Shown: positions 11,324 through 24,307 of the stretch, one piece after another
Numbering within the stretch: position 1 is the stretch's first letter
Layout of the letters: each line of letters starts with the position of its first letter
Origin: Octopus bimaculoides
Lineage: Eukaryota
Assembly (NCBI RefSeq): GCF_001194135.2
Contig: NC_068982.1
Span: 106,512,629 to 106,557,329 of the forward strand
Direction: 5' to 3'
Length of the DNA: 44,701 nt
The notes under the pieces: generated by a model
Told to the model about the DNA's origin: nothing
Seen by the model: the letters and a program-made list of their open reading frames with translations, nothing else
Databases searched by the model: none
Translations under genes and position numbers: made by a program

Positions 11324-12560
11324 TGATGGAGTTGTTGATAGTTTTTAGTAATGGTTGAGGTGGTTGAGGTGATGTGGTTATGGTAATGGTTGTGGTCGTG
11401 TTCATTATAGTTTTGGTGCAACTGTGGTGTTGGTGATGGTAGTGATGACCGTGGTGGTGGTGGAGTTTATGGTAACAGAGCTGGTGGCGGCGACAGTGGT
11501 GGTTGTAGTGGTGATGGTGGTACTGATGGTGGTGTTGACTGTTTTGGTGGTGGTGGTGGTGATAGTGGTGGCTTTGGTGGTACTTGTCTGTGGCGATGGC
11601 AATAGTTGCGAAGACGACCATGGTTGTGAGGTGGTGGTTGTGGTGCTGGCTTATTGAGGTATTGATGGTAAGGGTGGTAGTGGCAGTAGTGGTAGTGGTG
11701 GTGGTTTTGGTGGTGGTGGTGGTGGTGGTTTTGGTGGTGGTGGTTTTGGTGGTGGTGGTNNNNNNNNNNNNNNNNNNNNNNNNNNNNNNNNNNNNNNNNN
11801 NNNNNNNNNNNNNNNNNNNNNNNNNNNNNNNNNNNNNNNNNNNNNNNNNNNNNNNNNNNNNNNNNNNNNNNNNNNNNNNNNNNNNNNNNNNNNNNNNNNN
11901 NNNNNNNNNNNNNNNNNNNNNNNNNNNNNNNNNNNNNNNNNNNNNNNNNNNNNNNNNNNNNNNNNNNNNNNNNNNNNNNNNNNNNNNNNNNNNNNNNNNN
12001 NNNNNNNNNNNNNNNNNNNNNNNNNNNNNNNNNNNNNNNNNNNNNNNNNNNNNNNNNNNNNNNNNNNNNNNNNNNNNNNNNNNNNNNNNNNNNNNNNNNN
12101 NNNNNNNNNNNNNNNNNNNNNNNNNNNNNNNNNNNNNNNNNNNNNNNNNNNNNNNNNNNNNNNNNNNNNNNNNNNNNNNNNNNNNNNNNNNNNNNNNNNN
12201 NNNNNNNNNNNNNNNNNNNNNNNNNNNNNNNNNNNNNNNNNNNNNNNNNNNNNNNNGTGGTGGTGGTTTTGGTGGTGGTGGTGGTGGTGGTAGCAGTAGT
12301 TGTGGTAGTGATGGTGATGATGACAGTAGTGGTGATGTGGTAGTGATAGTAGTGAAGGTTGTTGTTGTTGTTGTTGTTGTTGGGAGATGAGTAGAAATGG
12401 TCGTCGTTGTTGCCATCGTCCTAGTGTTTCTTGTTTTTGCTGCAGTGATAGAGGCGACGGTGGTAGTGGTTACAGTTGCGGCGTGTTGGCGGCCGTGGTG
12501 GCTGTTGTCGCTGATGAAGGAAGGAGTCAATGGAAAAGCAATGGCGGCGACAATAGGAAA
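11324..12560. repeat. Degenerate (GGT/TGG/GTT)n low-complexity region with gap
   Basis: Direct reading; produces spurious Thr/His/Val-rich ORFs. Confidence 0.9.
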
Positions 12561-13059
12561 GCAGAGAAAGCAAGAAACCGACACGGCTGGTTACACACGG
12601 CCGGGTTGGCAGGAAATTTAGAACTGCCGTCTATGGCATCGTAGCATTCGGCAATTGTTTAATTACAGGACGCTTGAACGCCGTTTCTAACCGCTAACAC
12701 TTCCAAGTTCAACACTTTTCCACACTTACGCTGCTACCTTCATTACCTTCCTTCTTTCCTTTTTTCCTTCCTGTTCTGCCATTCTTCTGGAAGGTTAGAG
12801 TGGAGGTGGGGGGAGGGCAGGATTGGCTTCTCTTTTCGTTTCGTTTCGTTTCTTAGGTTTATTTTTGCTTTTTTTTTGGTACTTTTTATTTAACTTTTCT
12901 TTCACTTTGTTGTGTTGTTTTCTTGTTATCGTTGTTTGGTGTTTTCTTTGTTGTTGTTGTTGTTGTTGCTTGTTTGCAACTAATACTGAACCATATGTAT
13001 AATGTTTATCTTTTGTGTGTACCGGTGTACATATTGAAATGCAAGCTTGTAATGTTTCT

Positions 13060-13265
13060 ACTTATGCATATATATATATATGTGTGTGTATTGTGTGTGT
13101 TGAGATATGTGTGTACGTACGTTTCTGTGTAAATACATTGACACACACACACACACATACACACATACACACATACACACACACATACACACATACACAC
13201 ACACACATATATATATATGCATGCATAAATATGCGAATATATAAATATATGCATACATCTATGCA
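13060..13265. repeat. (TA)n/(CA)n/(CATA)n microsatellite block
   Basis: Direct reading. Confidence 0.85.
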
Positions 13266-13784
13266 TTTTTTATGACCGCTATGTGGAATGTTTTGGTAGG
13301 AACCATTTCTTAACCAGTTTCTTAACTAGGAATTGAGCTTCAGTCAAAGATTTTTAAGCCAATTTTTCTGGACCCTTTTCCGAGGTTACAAGATTGTAGG
13401 CTCGGTCGCAGAAGCCTCTACCGGGAGTTGTACCCATACAGTTCAAGCCGCCAACATGCATTATTTCGGATTGCTAACGTGTAAAGTTATGACTAGAAGC
13501 TCTCAGCGCAATTCAGACCGGCTGACCCTCAATCACCGCTAAGACTTCTTAGAGATAAAACAAAACTATGATCCGAAGTACAGAAGATACTTGCGTAATG
13601 AAGACTTAAGGTGACTTTAGGGTTCACATTTTGCAGTAACACTATCTTTGCTGTGAAGGTGATAGCTCGAAAGGTATGACGACTGCAACTACTGTTCTGC
13701 TTAATGGCAGGAAGCTTTCGGAAGCCATTTTAGTCACAGTTTTTGTTGTTGTCGTCTTCGTCGTTGTTGTTGTTGTTTTTATCA

Positions 13785-14220
13785 GTATTATTGTTCAACA
13801 TTTGGTAGTTTTGGGCAAATTTCTACTACATCACTGCTACACCTCCGTGTTGCTGAGGTGTGCGTGGCATTGTGTGTTCTTTTCTGTTGTTGGAAGTGTG
13901 CAAACTCTTCCCGGTATTGTATTGCGTCAGTATTTTTTTTTTCGTTTGAGGAGTGGTGCGGTCTTTTTTCTTAGATGTGGTGCAGTATTACTGTTTGTAT
14001 TGTGCGCTGAGTGTGTAATGCTTTGGTTATCCAGCTTGCTGGTGGCTGTGTATTTCGTTGGATAATTATTGTATAGAGCGTCTTGTATTTGTGGAGTGTT
14101 TTGTTTAGGTTGTATTATTGAATTGATAGTGTCTCGCATAGGATGTGGGCTGTTCCTAGCAGGGCTATTTTTTGGATGCGTGTAGTATTGAGAATCCAGG
14201 TATAGCTTCTAAGTTTTTGT
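13785..14220 (-). mobile_element. RLE-LINE extreme 3' end (C-terminus plus long 3' UTR)
   Basis: Minus strand reads NLEAIPGFS.....IQKIALLGTAHIL..TLSI, the same C-terminal motif as at 9002 and 9723. The 5' truncation point sits at the (TTA)n tract 14223-14246. Confidence 0.7.
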
Positions 14221-14246
14221 TCATTATTATTATTATTATTATTATT

Positions 14247-14509
14247 TTATGTTTGACTTTTGCTTTGCATTTGTACAAGTTGGATCCAAGTCTCACCCAG
14301 AGACCTCAAGAGACAACGAGTTAGAAGTTCATGTAGGTGTTATGCCTAGGGTACCATATATTTGGATTTGTACAGTTTTGTTCAAGTGAATGTTTAAGAA
14401 ACCATAAGAAAATTATGTGTTTGTTTTAAAATTTGAGATCACATAGACAGTATTTTACGTAGGATATGGGCAGTTCCCATGAGTACTATCTTTTGAACTT
14501 CAGCCATTT
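14247..14509 (-). mobile_element. RLE-LINE extreme 3' end (another subfamily)
   Basis: Minus strand MAEVQKIVLMGTAHILRKILSM*, then a 3' UTR ending in (AAT)n. (TTA)n lies on both sides (14223-14246 and 14562-14708). Confidence 0.85.
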
Positions 14510-14561
14510 NNNNNNNNNNNNNNNNNNNNNNNNNNNNNNNNNNNNNNNNNNNNNNNNNNNN

Positions 14562-14603
<42 letters not shown>

Positions 14604-14645
14604 CATCATCAAAAGTATTATTATTATTATTATTATCATCATCAA

Positions 14646-14694
<49 letters not shown>

Positions 14695-14708
14695 TTATTA
14701 TTATTATT
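14562..14708. repeat. (TTA)n tract with two CATCATCAAAAG interruptions
   Basis: Direct reading. Confidence 0.9.
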
Positions 14709-14709
14709 T

Positions 14710-14813
14710 CTTTGCCTTTCATCCTTTCGGGGTTGATAAATTTAGTACTGGGGTCGATGTAATCGACTATCCCCTACTCGAAAATTTCAGGCCTTGTGCC
14801 TATAATTGAAAGG
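14710..14813 (+). mobile_element. SINE family A, 5'-truncated
   Basis: CTTTGCCTTTCATCCTTTCGGGGTTGATAAAT...GGGGTCGATGTAATCGACT...GGCCTTGTGCCTATAATTGAAAGG, then (ATT)n. Confidence 0.85.
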
Positions 14814-14922
14814 ATTATTATTATCATTTTATTTCTCAGAACGTTCGGTCTTATTTTTCTGGTAGATTTTGTGAGAGTGGACAGAAGCCTGCTGTCAGAG
14901 GTCTCACAGGGTTCTTTCTGCA

Positions 14923-14923
<1 letters not shown>

Positions 14924-14988
<65 letters not shown>

Positions 14989-14998
14989 CATTATTATT
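14924..14998. repeat. (ATT)n microsatellite
   Basis: Direct reading. Confidence 0.95.
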
Positions 14999-15000
14999 AA

Positions 15001-15210
15001 GGTGGCGAGCTGGTAGACTCGTTAACACGCTGGGCAAAATGCTTAGCGGCATTTCGCCCGTCTCTACGTTCTGAGTTCAAATGCTGCAGAGGTTGACTTC
15101 GCCTTTCATCCTTTCGGAGTCGATAAATTAAGTATCAGTGAAACACTGGGATCGATGTAATTGACTAGTCCCCTACCACCAAATTTCTGACCTTGTGCCT
15201 ATAGTGGAAA
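15001..15210 (+). mobile_element. SINE family A, full length, embedded in (ATT)n
   Basis: GGTGGCGAGCTGGTAGACTCGTTAACACGC...GTTCTGAGTTCAAAT...CCTTGTGCCTATAGTGGAAA, with ATT repeats on both sides. Confidence 0.92.
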
Positions 15211-15213
15211 TTA

Positions 15214-15245
<32 letters not shown>

Positions 15246-15596
15246 TTCTTCAGGGTGCTCTCCCCTAACCTTTGTCTTCTTGGGCTCACCGTAGATCAAT
15301 GACTGACAATGACTGATAAGTGTCAGGGCACATCCAGCACATTAGGCTTAGGCTTTGTTTCACTGGGTTCCAGTGCTGCTCCAAGAACTTCTACCATGTT
15401 AACCTGAGGTTACAAAACTGAGTTTCTGTGTATAACCAGGGAAACGCCTACCAAGACCCAGCTTGAGAAACACTCGCATAGTGAAGCTGCATCACGCTTC
15501 ACTATACGGGATCGCACAAGAAGTATAAGTCGTACATGCAAACATACATAGGCAACTTCAACTCCCCCGCACCCCGGTTTTTGCTACCATGATAAA

Positions 15597-15752
15597 AAAT
15601 TCATATTTATACTTATGATTATTGGTGCACTTGGTTATGTTAGTATCATGTTGACATTCTTGATAGTTAGAACTTTCAGACAAAGAGATCAGCTTGCAAG
15701 CACTGTATAATTACAATCTATAAGCGGAACAGTAAAAGCATGCAAGACTTTT
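15597..15752 (+). mobile_element. Degenerate RLE-LINE C-terminal remnant (more distant family)
   Basis: KFIFILMIIGALGYVS ... ISGTVKACKTF. The IIGALG motif is shared with the RLE C-termini at 9002 and 9723. Confidence 0.55.
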
Positions 15753-16959
15753 CTAGCAAGTTGCAGACATGTTGTTATTGTATGATACTTAGGCTTGATT
15801 ATGGTTTATTAACTCTTGTTTTTGTGCTGTTTCTTAAGTAGGCTTTTAGCAGTTTGTGTATCCTGCAGTAACAGAATAGTGCCGAAACATTTCCTACTGT
15901 TGATAGTAGTAAAGATGGTGTATCTTCTGGAGAAGGTTTTGTTTTGAATCTGCGATGTAACTTGTATATATAATGTTTGTGAGTATTAGTGTTGTTGTTT
16001 AGAGTGCGACGCGGCACCGATTGAGTTTTACTCAGATTTTAAAATTATGATGTTTCCAATTTACTGTTTATTAGTATTTGACAGTGCTGGTATGTTCTAA
16101 AGTGCAATGATTTATTCGGTGTTTCCATGTATATGTAAGTAATTTATCTCTTTATGATTTAAAGCTTTCTCTCAATTCATGAGAGTTTCCTTGGCTATGT
16201 GTTTTGTTTCTGTGGATCAGTTTATTATGTATTGATAAGTACATCCTTCGCTGGAAACAATTGATTTAGACTTGTCGTATGACCAAGTTCCAGGTCGGAG
16301 AGATTATCAAACACATCTATTAACTAAATTCAGTACCGTCATCAAATAAAATTGAGGTTCTCTAGAAAGCAAAAACTAGATTTTAATCAGTAACATAAAA
16401 TACTTATAATTAATACTAAACAAAGTTTCTTGCGAAAACGTATTTGAAATACTTTTGAGCAGAACCTTAAAAGTACGAGAATTACTGCATCAGTGAAAAA
16501 GTTGAGAAATGAAGGAGACGAATTAAACTGTGCTGCACCACGGAACCAATGGAGGAACATAAAAATATAAAACGCAAATATCTTGTAATTTGTGAAAATT
16601 TTCTTCGCATAAATTGTATTAAGTCCTGCATTTCTTCCATCAGTTTCATAGTCATCAGAGAGTACGCCGGCGTTATTGTAAGTGATAGGAGATATTGATC
16701 ATGTTTATATGTTTTAGTACTGAATACAGCACAGTAGAGATAGGCAAACAATTTGGGCACGTGCCTTTTTGCGTAGTTTAATTAGAAAGAGTATAATGAC
16801 TGGTAAAAGAAAAAAACAATGTTTTGCTTGCATGAACGCTAGAAATGGAACTCTGCTGGTCATTCATTCTTCAGGTAATTAGTAACGACAAAAGATTGAC
16901 TCCCTAACAAATATATAACTACACACACATGTATAAGTATTGTGCGTGTATATGTGTAT

Positions 16960-16983
16960 ATATGTGTGTGTATGTGTGCGTGT

Positions 16984-17051
<68 letters not shown>

Positions 17052-17199
17052 NNNNNNNNNNNNNNNNNNNNNNNNNNNNNNNNNNNNNNNNNNNNNNNNN
17101 NNNNNNNNNNNNNNNNNNNNNNNNNNNNNNNNNNNNNNNNNNNNNNNNNNNNNNNNNNNNNNNNNNNNNNNNNNNNNNNNNNNNNNNNNNNNNNNNNNN

Positions 17200-17243
<44 letters not shown>

Positions 17244-17285
17244 GTATGTATGTATGTATGTATGTAAGTATGTATGTATGTATAT
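16960..17285. repeat. (TG)n / gap / (TA)n / (TATG)n
   Basis: Direct reading. Confidence 0.9.
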
Positions 17286-17520
17286 TTACAGATATGAAAA
17301 GAGAAACGCGTAAAATACTCATTTATTTTTCTCAAAACTATTAAAAGTTACAAAAGTATTTTTATAGCTATGATAATTGTATTATTATGATTAATGACTG
17401 AAAATATCGAAAATGAGGTTAACTAATTTAATGTGCTAATAATTTTTATGAATTAAGTATTATAACACTGGTGTGATACTTACTGTATACCAACTTTTGC
17501 AACCCCCGCTCTAATTCTTC

Positions 17521-18344
17521 GAAACCCTTAGTTTAGAATAGGGGCAGCTGATGAAGGAAATATTCTCTATGTGGCCTGTTTGTTTTCTGTGCTCTGTTTT
17601 TCATTTTGTCCACGTTTATATGTGACGTCTTGTACCCAGCTATGCATCTATATATACATGTAGATGTAGGTATGTACATACATGTACGTATATATGCATA
17701 TACTCACATATTATTTGTATTATCTATATATATATATATATATATATTTGCATTTCATCTCCCTTTTTCACTCTCCTATCTTAGAAAGAACTTTTCCCCC
17801 ACCACCTCCTCTTCCGGTCTTTNNNNNNNNNNNNNNNNNNNNNNNNNNNNNNNNNNNNNNNNNNNNNNNNNNNNNNNNNNNNNNNNNNNNNNNNNNNNNN
17901 NNNNNNNNNNNNNNNNNNNNNNNNNNNNNNNNNNNNNNNNNNNNNNNNNNNNNNNNNNNNNNNNNNNNNNNNNNNNNNNNNNNNNNNNNNNNNNNNNNNN
18001 NNNNNNNNNNNNNNNNNNNNNNNNNNNNNNNNNNNNNNNNNNNNNNNNNNNNNNNNNNNNNNNNNNNNNNNNNNNNNNNNNNNNNNNNNNNNNNNNNNNN
18101 NNNNNNNNNNNNNNNNNNNNNNNNNNNNNNNNNNNNNNNNNNNNNNNNNNNNNNNNNNNNNNNNNNNNNNNNNNNNNNNNNNNNNNNNNNNNNNNNNNNN
18201 NNNNNNNNNNNNNNNNNNNNNNNNNNNNNNNNNNNNNNNNNNNNNNNNNNNNNNNNNNNNNNNNNNNNNNNNNNNNNNNNNNNNNNNNNNNNNNNATGCA
18301 CATACCTGTACGTATATATGCATATACTCATTTACTTTTGTTTT

Positions 18345-18350
<6 letters not shown>
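17521..18350. repeat. Unassigned repeat with a partial direct duplicate across the gap
   Basis: CATAC.TGTACGTATATATGCATATACTCA occurs at about 17677 and about 18301. Upstream GCAGCTGATGAAGGAAATATTC followed by T-rich sequence is reminiscent of Penelope-type pLTRs (unverified). Confidence 0.35.
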
Positions 18351-18377
<27 letters not shown>

Positions 18378-19508
18378 ATGTATGTATGTATGTATGTATG
18401 CATGTATGTATGAATGAATATGCATATTTGTACATGCATATATATGTCTGTAGCTGTATGTATGTAGGTATATATATATATATACACACACGTACATGTA
18501 CACACACACACACACACACACACATATATGCATATATATGTATGTATGTATATGTTAGTGCGTATTTTTGTATGCATGTATGCATTTCTTTCTCTATAGA
18601 TTCAAATAAAGTATATATAGCCTTACGTTTAAACGTAAACAGCAGTCGCTAAATTTTATTTCAAGCTATCTGTTCACACTTTCATTCAGACTATTGTCTC
18701 CTATTGTGGCGATCATCCTACGTAGATGGAATCATTGGAGGACATACACCCATGAAAACACATACATACACACATACACTCATATATACATATATACATA
18801 CATACATACATATATATATANNNNNNNNNNNNNNNNNNNNNNNNNNNNNNNNNNNNNNNNNNNNNNNNNNNNNNNNNNNNNNNNNNNNNNNNNNNNNNNN
18901 NNNNNNNNNNNNNNNNNNNNNNNNNNNNNNNNNNNNNNNNNNNNNNNNNNNNNNNNNNNNNNNNNNNNNNNNNNNNNNNNNNNNNNNNNNNNNNNNNNNN
19001 NNNNNNNNNNNNNNNNNNNNNNNNNNNNNNNNNNNNNNNNNNNNNNNNNNNNNNNNNNNNNNNNNNNNNNNNNNNNNNNNNNNNNNNNNNNNNNNNNNNN
19101 NNNNNNNNNNNNNNNNNNNNNNNNNNNNNNNNNNNNNNNNNNNNNNNNNNNNNNNNNNNNNNNNNNNNNNNNNNNNNNNNNNNNNNNNNNNNNNNNNNNN
19201 NNNNNNNNNNNNNNNNNNNNNNNNNNNNNNNNNNNNNNNNNNNNNNNNNNNNNNNNNNNNNNNNNNNNNNNNNNNNNNNNNNNNNNNNNNNNNNNNNNNN
19301 NNNNNNNNNNNNNNNNNNNNNNNNNNNNNNNNNNNNNNNNNNNNNNNNNNNNNNNNNNNNNNNNNNNNNNNNNNNNNNNNNNNNNNNNNNNNNNNNNNNN
19401 NNNNNNNNNNNNNNNNNNNNNNNNNNNNNNNNNNNNNNNNNNNNNNNNNNNNNNNNNNNNNNNNNNNNNNNNNNNNNNNNNNNNNNNNNNNNNNNNNNNN
19501 NNNNNNNN

Positions 19509-19625
19509 TGATGATGATGATGATGATGATGTCTGCTGCTGCTGCTGCTAATGATGATGATGATGATGATGAGGAGGAGGAGGAGGAGGAGGAGGAGGAG
19601 GAGGATAGTAATAATAATAATATTG
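19509..19625. repeat. Compound trinucleotide repeat (GAT)(GCT)(GAT)(GAG)(AAT)
   Basis: Direct reading. Confidence 0.9.
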
Positions 19626-20284
19626 ATAAGAATTTTTACTGCCACAAGGGTGATATAGGATGTGACATTACCAGAAACGCATAACAAAAATAGTGGAGTT
19701 TTGTATATTTAGTTTATTTTGTATATTCGTTAATTTATTTCACAGCGTGTACGAAAAAAAAGATAATAAGCATTGAAGACAACAAAGACAAATATAACAA
19801 ATATAACTACGAATAATAAAAAATTTTAAAAATCATAGAATGAAAAGTAAGAAATGAAATGAAAAAGAAATTAAAAGAGGTGGATTAAAAAGGAAGTAAG
19901 AGGAAGTAGTAGAAGGGTTATCGCCGAAGTCTTCAGAGAATTGGAAGGGTCACTAATGGAAGAGAAGTTTACGTTTCAAAAAATATTTATTTGCTTTCTG
20001 AGTGTTTACAACATATCGTGATGTTTGTTTACTAATAATTGTGTATGTAGAGAGAAATGCAAGCAGAATTTTGATGGGTGATTCCCGATGAAAGAAGAAA
20101 GGAATTGGCTGAGACAAAACAGAATAAAAAATACATTGGGACGAAGATTAAAGAGTTCATGTGTGAACAAACATAGGACAAAAAAATATTTTTTTTTTTA
20201 CAAGAGAAGTAAAAAAAAAAAAACTACAAAAAAGTAATGCAGAATATTCTGTGAAAAAAGTCTAAAAATTCAACGCACTCACAT

Positions 20285-20990
<706 letters not shown>

Positions 20991-21135
20991 GACAATGATA
21001 GAGACACCTACACGGATAGACAATAAAATACACTTCAGCCGATGCAGGGCGTGTAATACCACGACACCAATAAAGTTTGTTTCTCTGAATTCTTTGTATT
21101 TTTGTGAAAACCCCGCCAAAAACAAAAAAAAAAGA

Positions 21136-21137
<2 letters not shown>

Positions 21138-21202
<65 letters not shown>

Positions 21203-21209
21203 GTAATAA
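21138..21209. repeat. (AAT)n microsatellite
   Basis: Direct reading. Confidence 0.95.
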
Positions 21210-21379
21210 CGGGGAGGAAAGAAAAGAGAGGTAAAAATAAAACAATATTTCACTTATCCTAATGTTTGCCTTGATATAAACATATTAACATCATTAAACC
21301 TGCACAGTTCAAATATTTATCTTGTAACTGATTATTTTAATGGACGTTTGTTGTGTGCATATACGAGTTTTGCATGTGG

Positions 21380-21428
<49 letters not shown>

Positions 21429-21534
21429 TGCGTGCGTGTGTGTGTGTGCGATTGGATCTATATTAGTATATATGTGTATACATATATATTAATATACCTG
21501 TTTATTAATGAATATATATATGTATGATGTACGA

Positions 21535-21586
<52 letters not shown>

Positions 21587-21868
21587 TGTGTGTGTATGTA
21601 TGTGTATACAAACAAATTCACGTACCATACATATATGTAAACATACACATATATTCACATATACTATATATTCATATATGTACACACATATAGACATAGC
21701 TATAAAAATGCATATATAAATACATATATATATATTCAATACATGCATGTATACATACGTACATATATACGTACATATATGCATATATACATATATGCAT
21801 ACATGCATATATCCATACATGCATACATACATACATACATACATACATACATACATACATACATACAT
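21380..21868. repeat. (TG)n/(TA)n/(CATA)n block
   Basis: Direct reading. Confidence 0.85.
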
Positions 21869-22233
21869 TATCTGAAGCTTACTCCAGAATTAACTCAAGT
21901 CCTGTTCGGTTTAAAATTGGCGAATAAATATACTTCGAGACCCCGATGAAACTTCAGAATCATTTCTATCTTCGAATATTGTGTGTGTGCAATCGCGGGC
22001 ACGTGTGTGTGTGTATGTGTGTGCGCGCGCGCGTTTGTATATTTGCATATATATGTATGCATACATATGTATATGTAAGTATATATATACAACTTTAGAA
22101 ACCTACGACACGAAGTATTAATAAAAGCATAACTTTAAATTTCAAAGTATTGAGTCGATTTTTCATCAAGGAACTGAAATCTCTTGTTTTAGATAATCAT
22201 GTGTGTGTGTATGTCTATCTATCTCTCTATCGC

Positions 22234-22310
<77 letters not shown>

Positions 22311-22894
22311 NNNNNNNNNNNNNNNNNNNNNNNNNNNNNNNNNNNNNNNNNNNNNNNNNNNNNNNNNNNNNNNNNNNNNNNNNNNNNNNNNNNNNNNNNN
22401 NNNNNNNNNNNNNNNNNNNNNNNNNNNNNNNNNNNNNNNNNNNNNNNNNNNNNNNNNNNNNNNNNNNNNNNNNNNNNNNNNNNNNNNNNNNNNNNNNNNN
22501 NNNNNNNNNNNNNNNNNNNNNNNNNNNNNNNNNNNNNNNNNNNNNNNNNNNNNNNNNNNNNNNNNNNNNNNNNNNNNNNNNNNNNNNNNNNNNNNNNNNN
22601 NNNNNNNNNNNNNNNNNNNNNNNNNNNNNNNNNNNNNNNNNNNNNNNNNNNNNNNNNNNNNNNNNNNNNNNNNNNNNNNNNNNNNNNNNNNNNNNNNNNN
22701 NNNNNNNNNNNNNNNNNNNNNNNNNCTATTCAATTTTTTTTCTCCGTGTTTTTCTCCTTGTCTCCGTATTCTTTCTGTTGAAGAGCGTAGCTCGAAACGT
22801 CAAAGACTTTCCGTATTCCCGAGCGTCATACTAATATATCCTTTTGTTATTTACACCACCTGTCCTCGTCTGTTGTTATTATTTGTATATTCTC

Positions 22895-22931
<37 letters not shown>

Positions 22932-22942
22932 TAGATAGATAC

Positions 22943-22981
<39 letters not shown>

Positions 22982-23246
22982 CTGAAGAATTGTTATTTCG
23001 AAGCAAAATGCATAAGAGTTAGCCAATACCCAAATTACAATTAAGTATTAAATATTATTTAACCTCCTAACATAACACTGTCAACTTATTGGTGTTCGTA
23101 GATAATGATGGATTAAATTACTATATTTGTCTAAGAGCTTACATCACACTATACCACTATTCGATAGTAGAACACGTGTAAATATTATGTAATTTATTAA
23201 TTTATGCTGTAATAATACAAAGATAAATTAATTCTCGTTTCATACT

Positions 23247-23308
<62 letters not shown>

Positions 23309-23417
23309 NNNNNNNNNNNNNNNNNNNNNNNNNNNNNNNNNNNNNNNNNNNNNNNNNNNNNNNNNNNNNNNNNNNNNNNNNNNNNNNNNNNNNNNNNNNN
23401 NNNNNNNNNNNNNNNNN

Positions 23418-23454
<37 letters not shown>

Positions 23455-23477
23455 TATATCTATATATAACGAAAATT

Positions 23478-24075
23478 TATGGAGAGTTTGTTCACGCTTG
23501 TTGCAAGCTTACGGATGCCCAACGAGCCTAATTCGGGATAAACGGGCACGACCGCAGAGGCTGGAAGGTTTAGCAACCAGGATTGGTCGCAGTGTCCTGT
23601 ATTTTCTCATTTTTCTCTTGTCTGCGAAGTTAGTCCTGCGGGTATCTTCAAAGGAGACTGTTTCCCGGGGGACAGTGAGACGCCATGTTTCACGTTTAGT
23701 GGCAAGAACAGAGCACTAGTAGTGATCAATGCGCCCGGAATCGAAATATTTCTTTAGAAGCTCCTTGTACTTCTTCTTCTCTTGGTCACTAGGGGAGAGT
23801 TTATCATACAGCGTTATCTTAGAAAACCGATGATCACCCATCCTGGTGACGCGTCTTGCCCAACATAGCAGTGTCTTCTGCAGAGGTGCTTCGATGCTGG
23901 TGACCTTCGCCTGCTCTAGGACCTCAACGTTAGTGACAAAGTCCCTCCAATGGATGCAGTGGTGGATACGAAGACAACGGTGATGGAATCGCTCAAGGTG
24001 ATGCCAATAGATGACCCGCGATTCTGAGCCGTACAAGAGGGTGGTCAGAACGACGGCTCTATATTCACTGATTTG
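23478..24075 (-). mobile_element. RTE/BovB-like LINE, 3' part of the ORF (decayed)
   Basis: YRAVVLTTLLYGSES...LERFHHRCLRI..IHWRDFVTNVEVLEQAKVTSIEA...RMGDHRFSKITLY...KKYKELLKK...IDH...RETWR...SFEDTR...CGRARLSRIRLVGH.*AC. This matches the RTE post-RT region and the terminal C2H2-like finger. Confidence 0.9.
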
Positions 24076-24307
24076 TTCCCTTTCTTCACCTTTGTTGACC
24101 TGAACAAAGGAATGGGCATCTGTAAGCAGAAATGGTCTACGGCAAATCTTGGAGTGTCTTTGACGTCCCCACAAATTCTTCAAAATGAACAATTTGTAGT
24201 GACTTGTCTGTGTATATATGTATTCATGTGCATTATGCCTACCTTGTATTCCAAGATAAAGCCCTCCGATTTTCTTTTTGCAGATATTTATACTGAAATA
24301 CGTCAAA

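Noticed and set aside
8951-15245. CRISPR-like repeat-spacer alternation
   Set aside because: The repeats are (TAA)n microsatellites of variable length separated by retroelement fragments in a eukaryotic genome; no cas genes.
15990-16260. Possible Penelope GIY-YIG C-terminus on the minus strand
   Set aside because: Only scattered residue resemblance; no convincing colinear motifs.
17540-17590. Hammerhead-like CTGATGA-AG-GAAA
   Set aside because: Stem II is essentially absent and there is no UH triplet before the putative stem I partner; at most a decayed relic.
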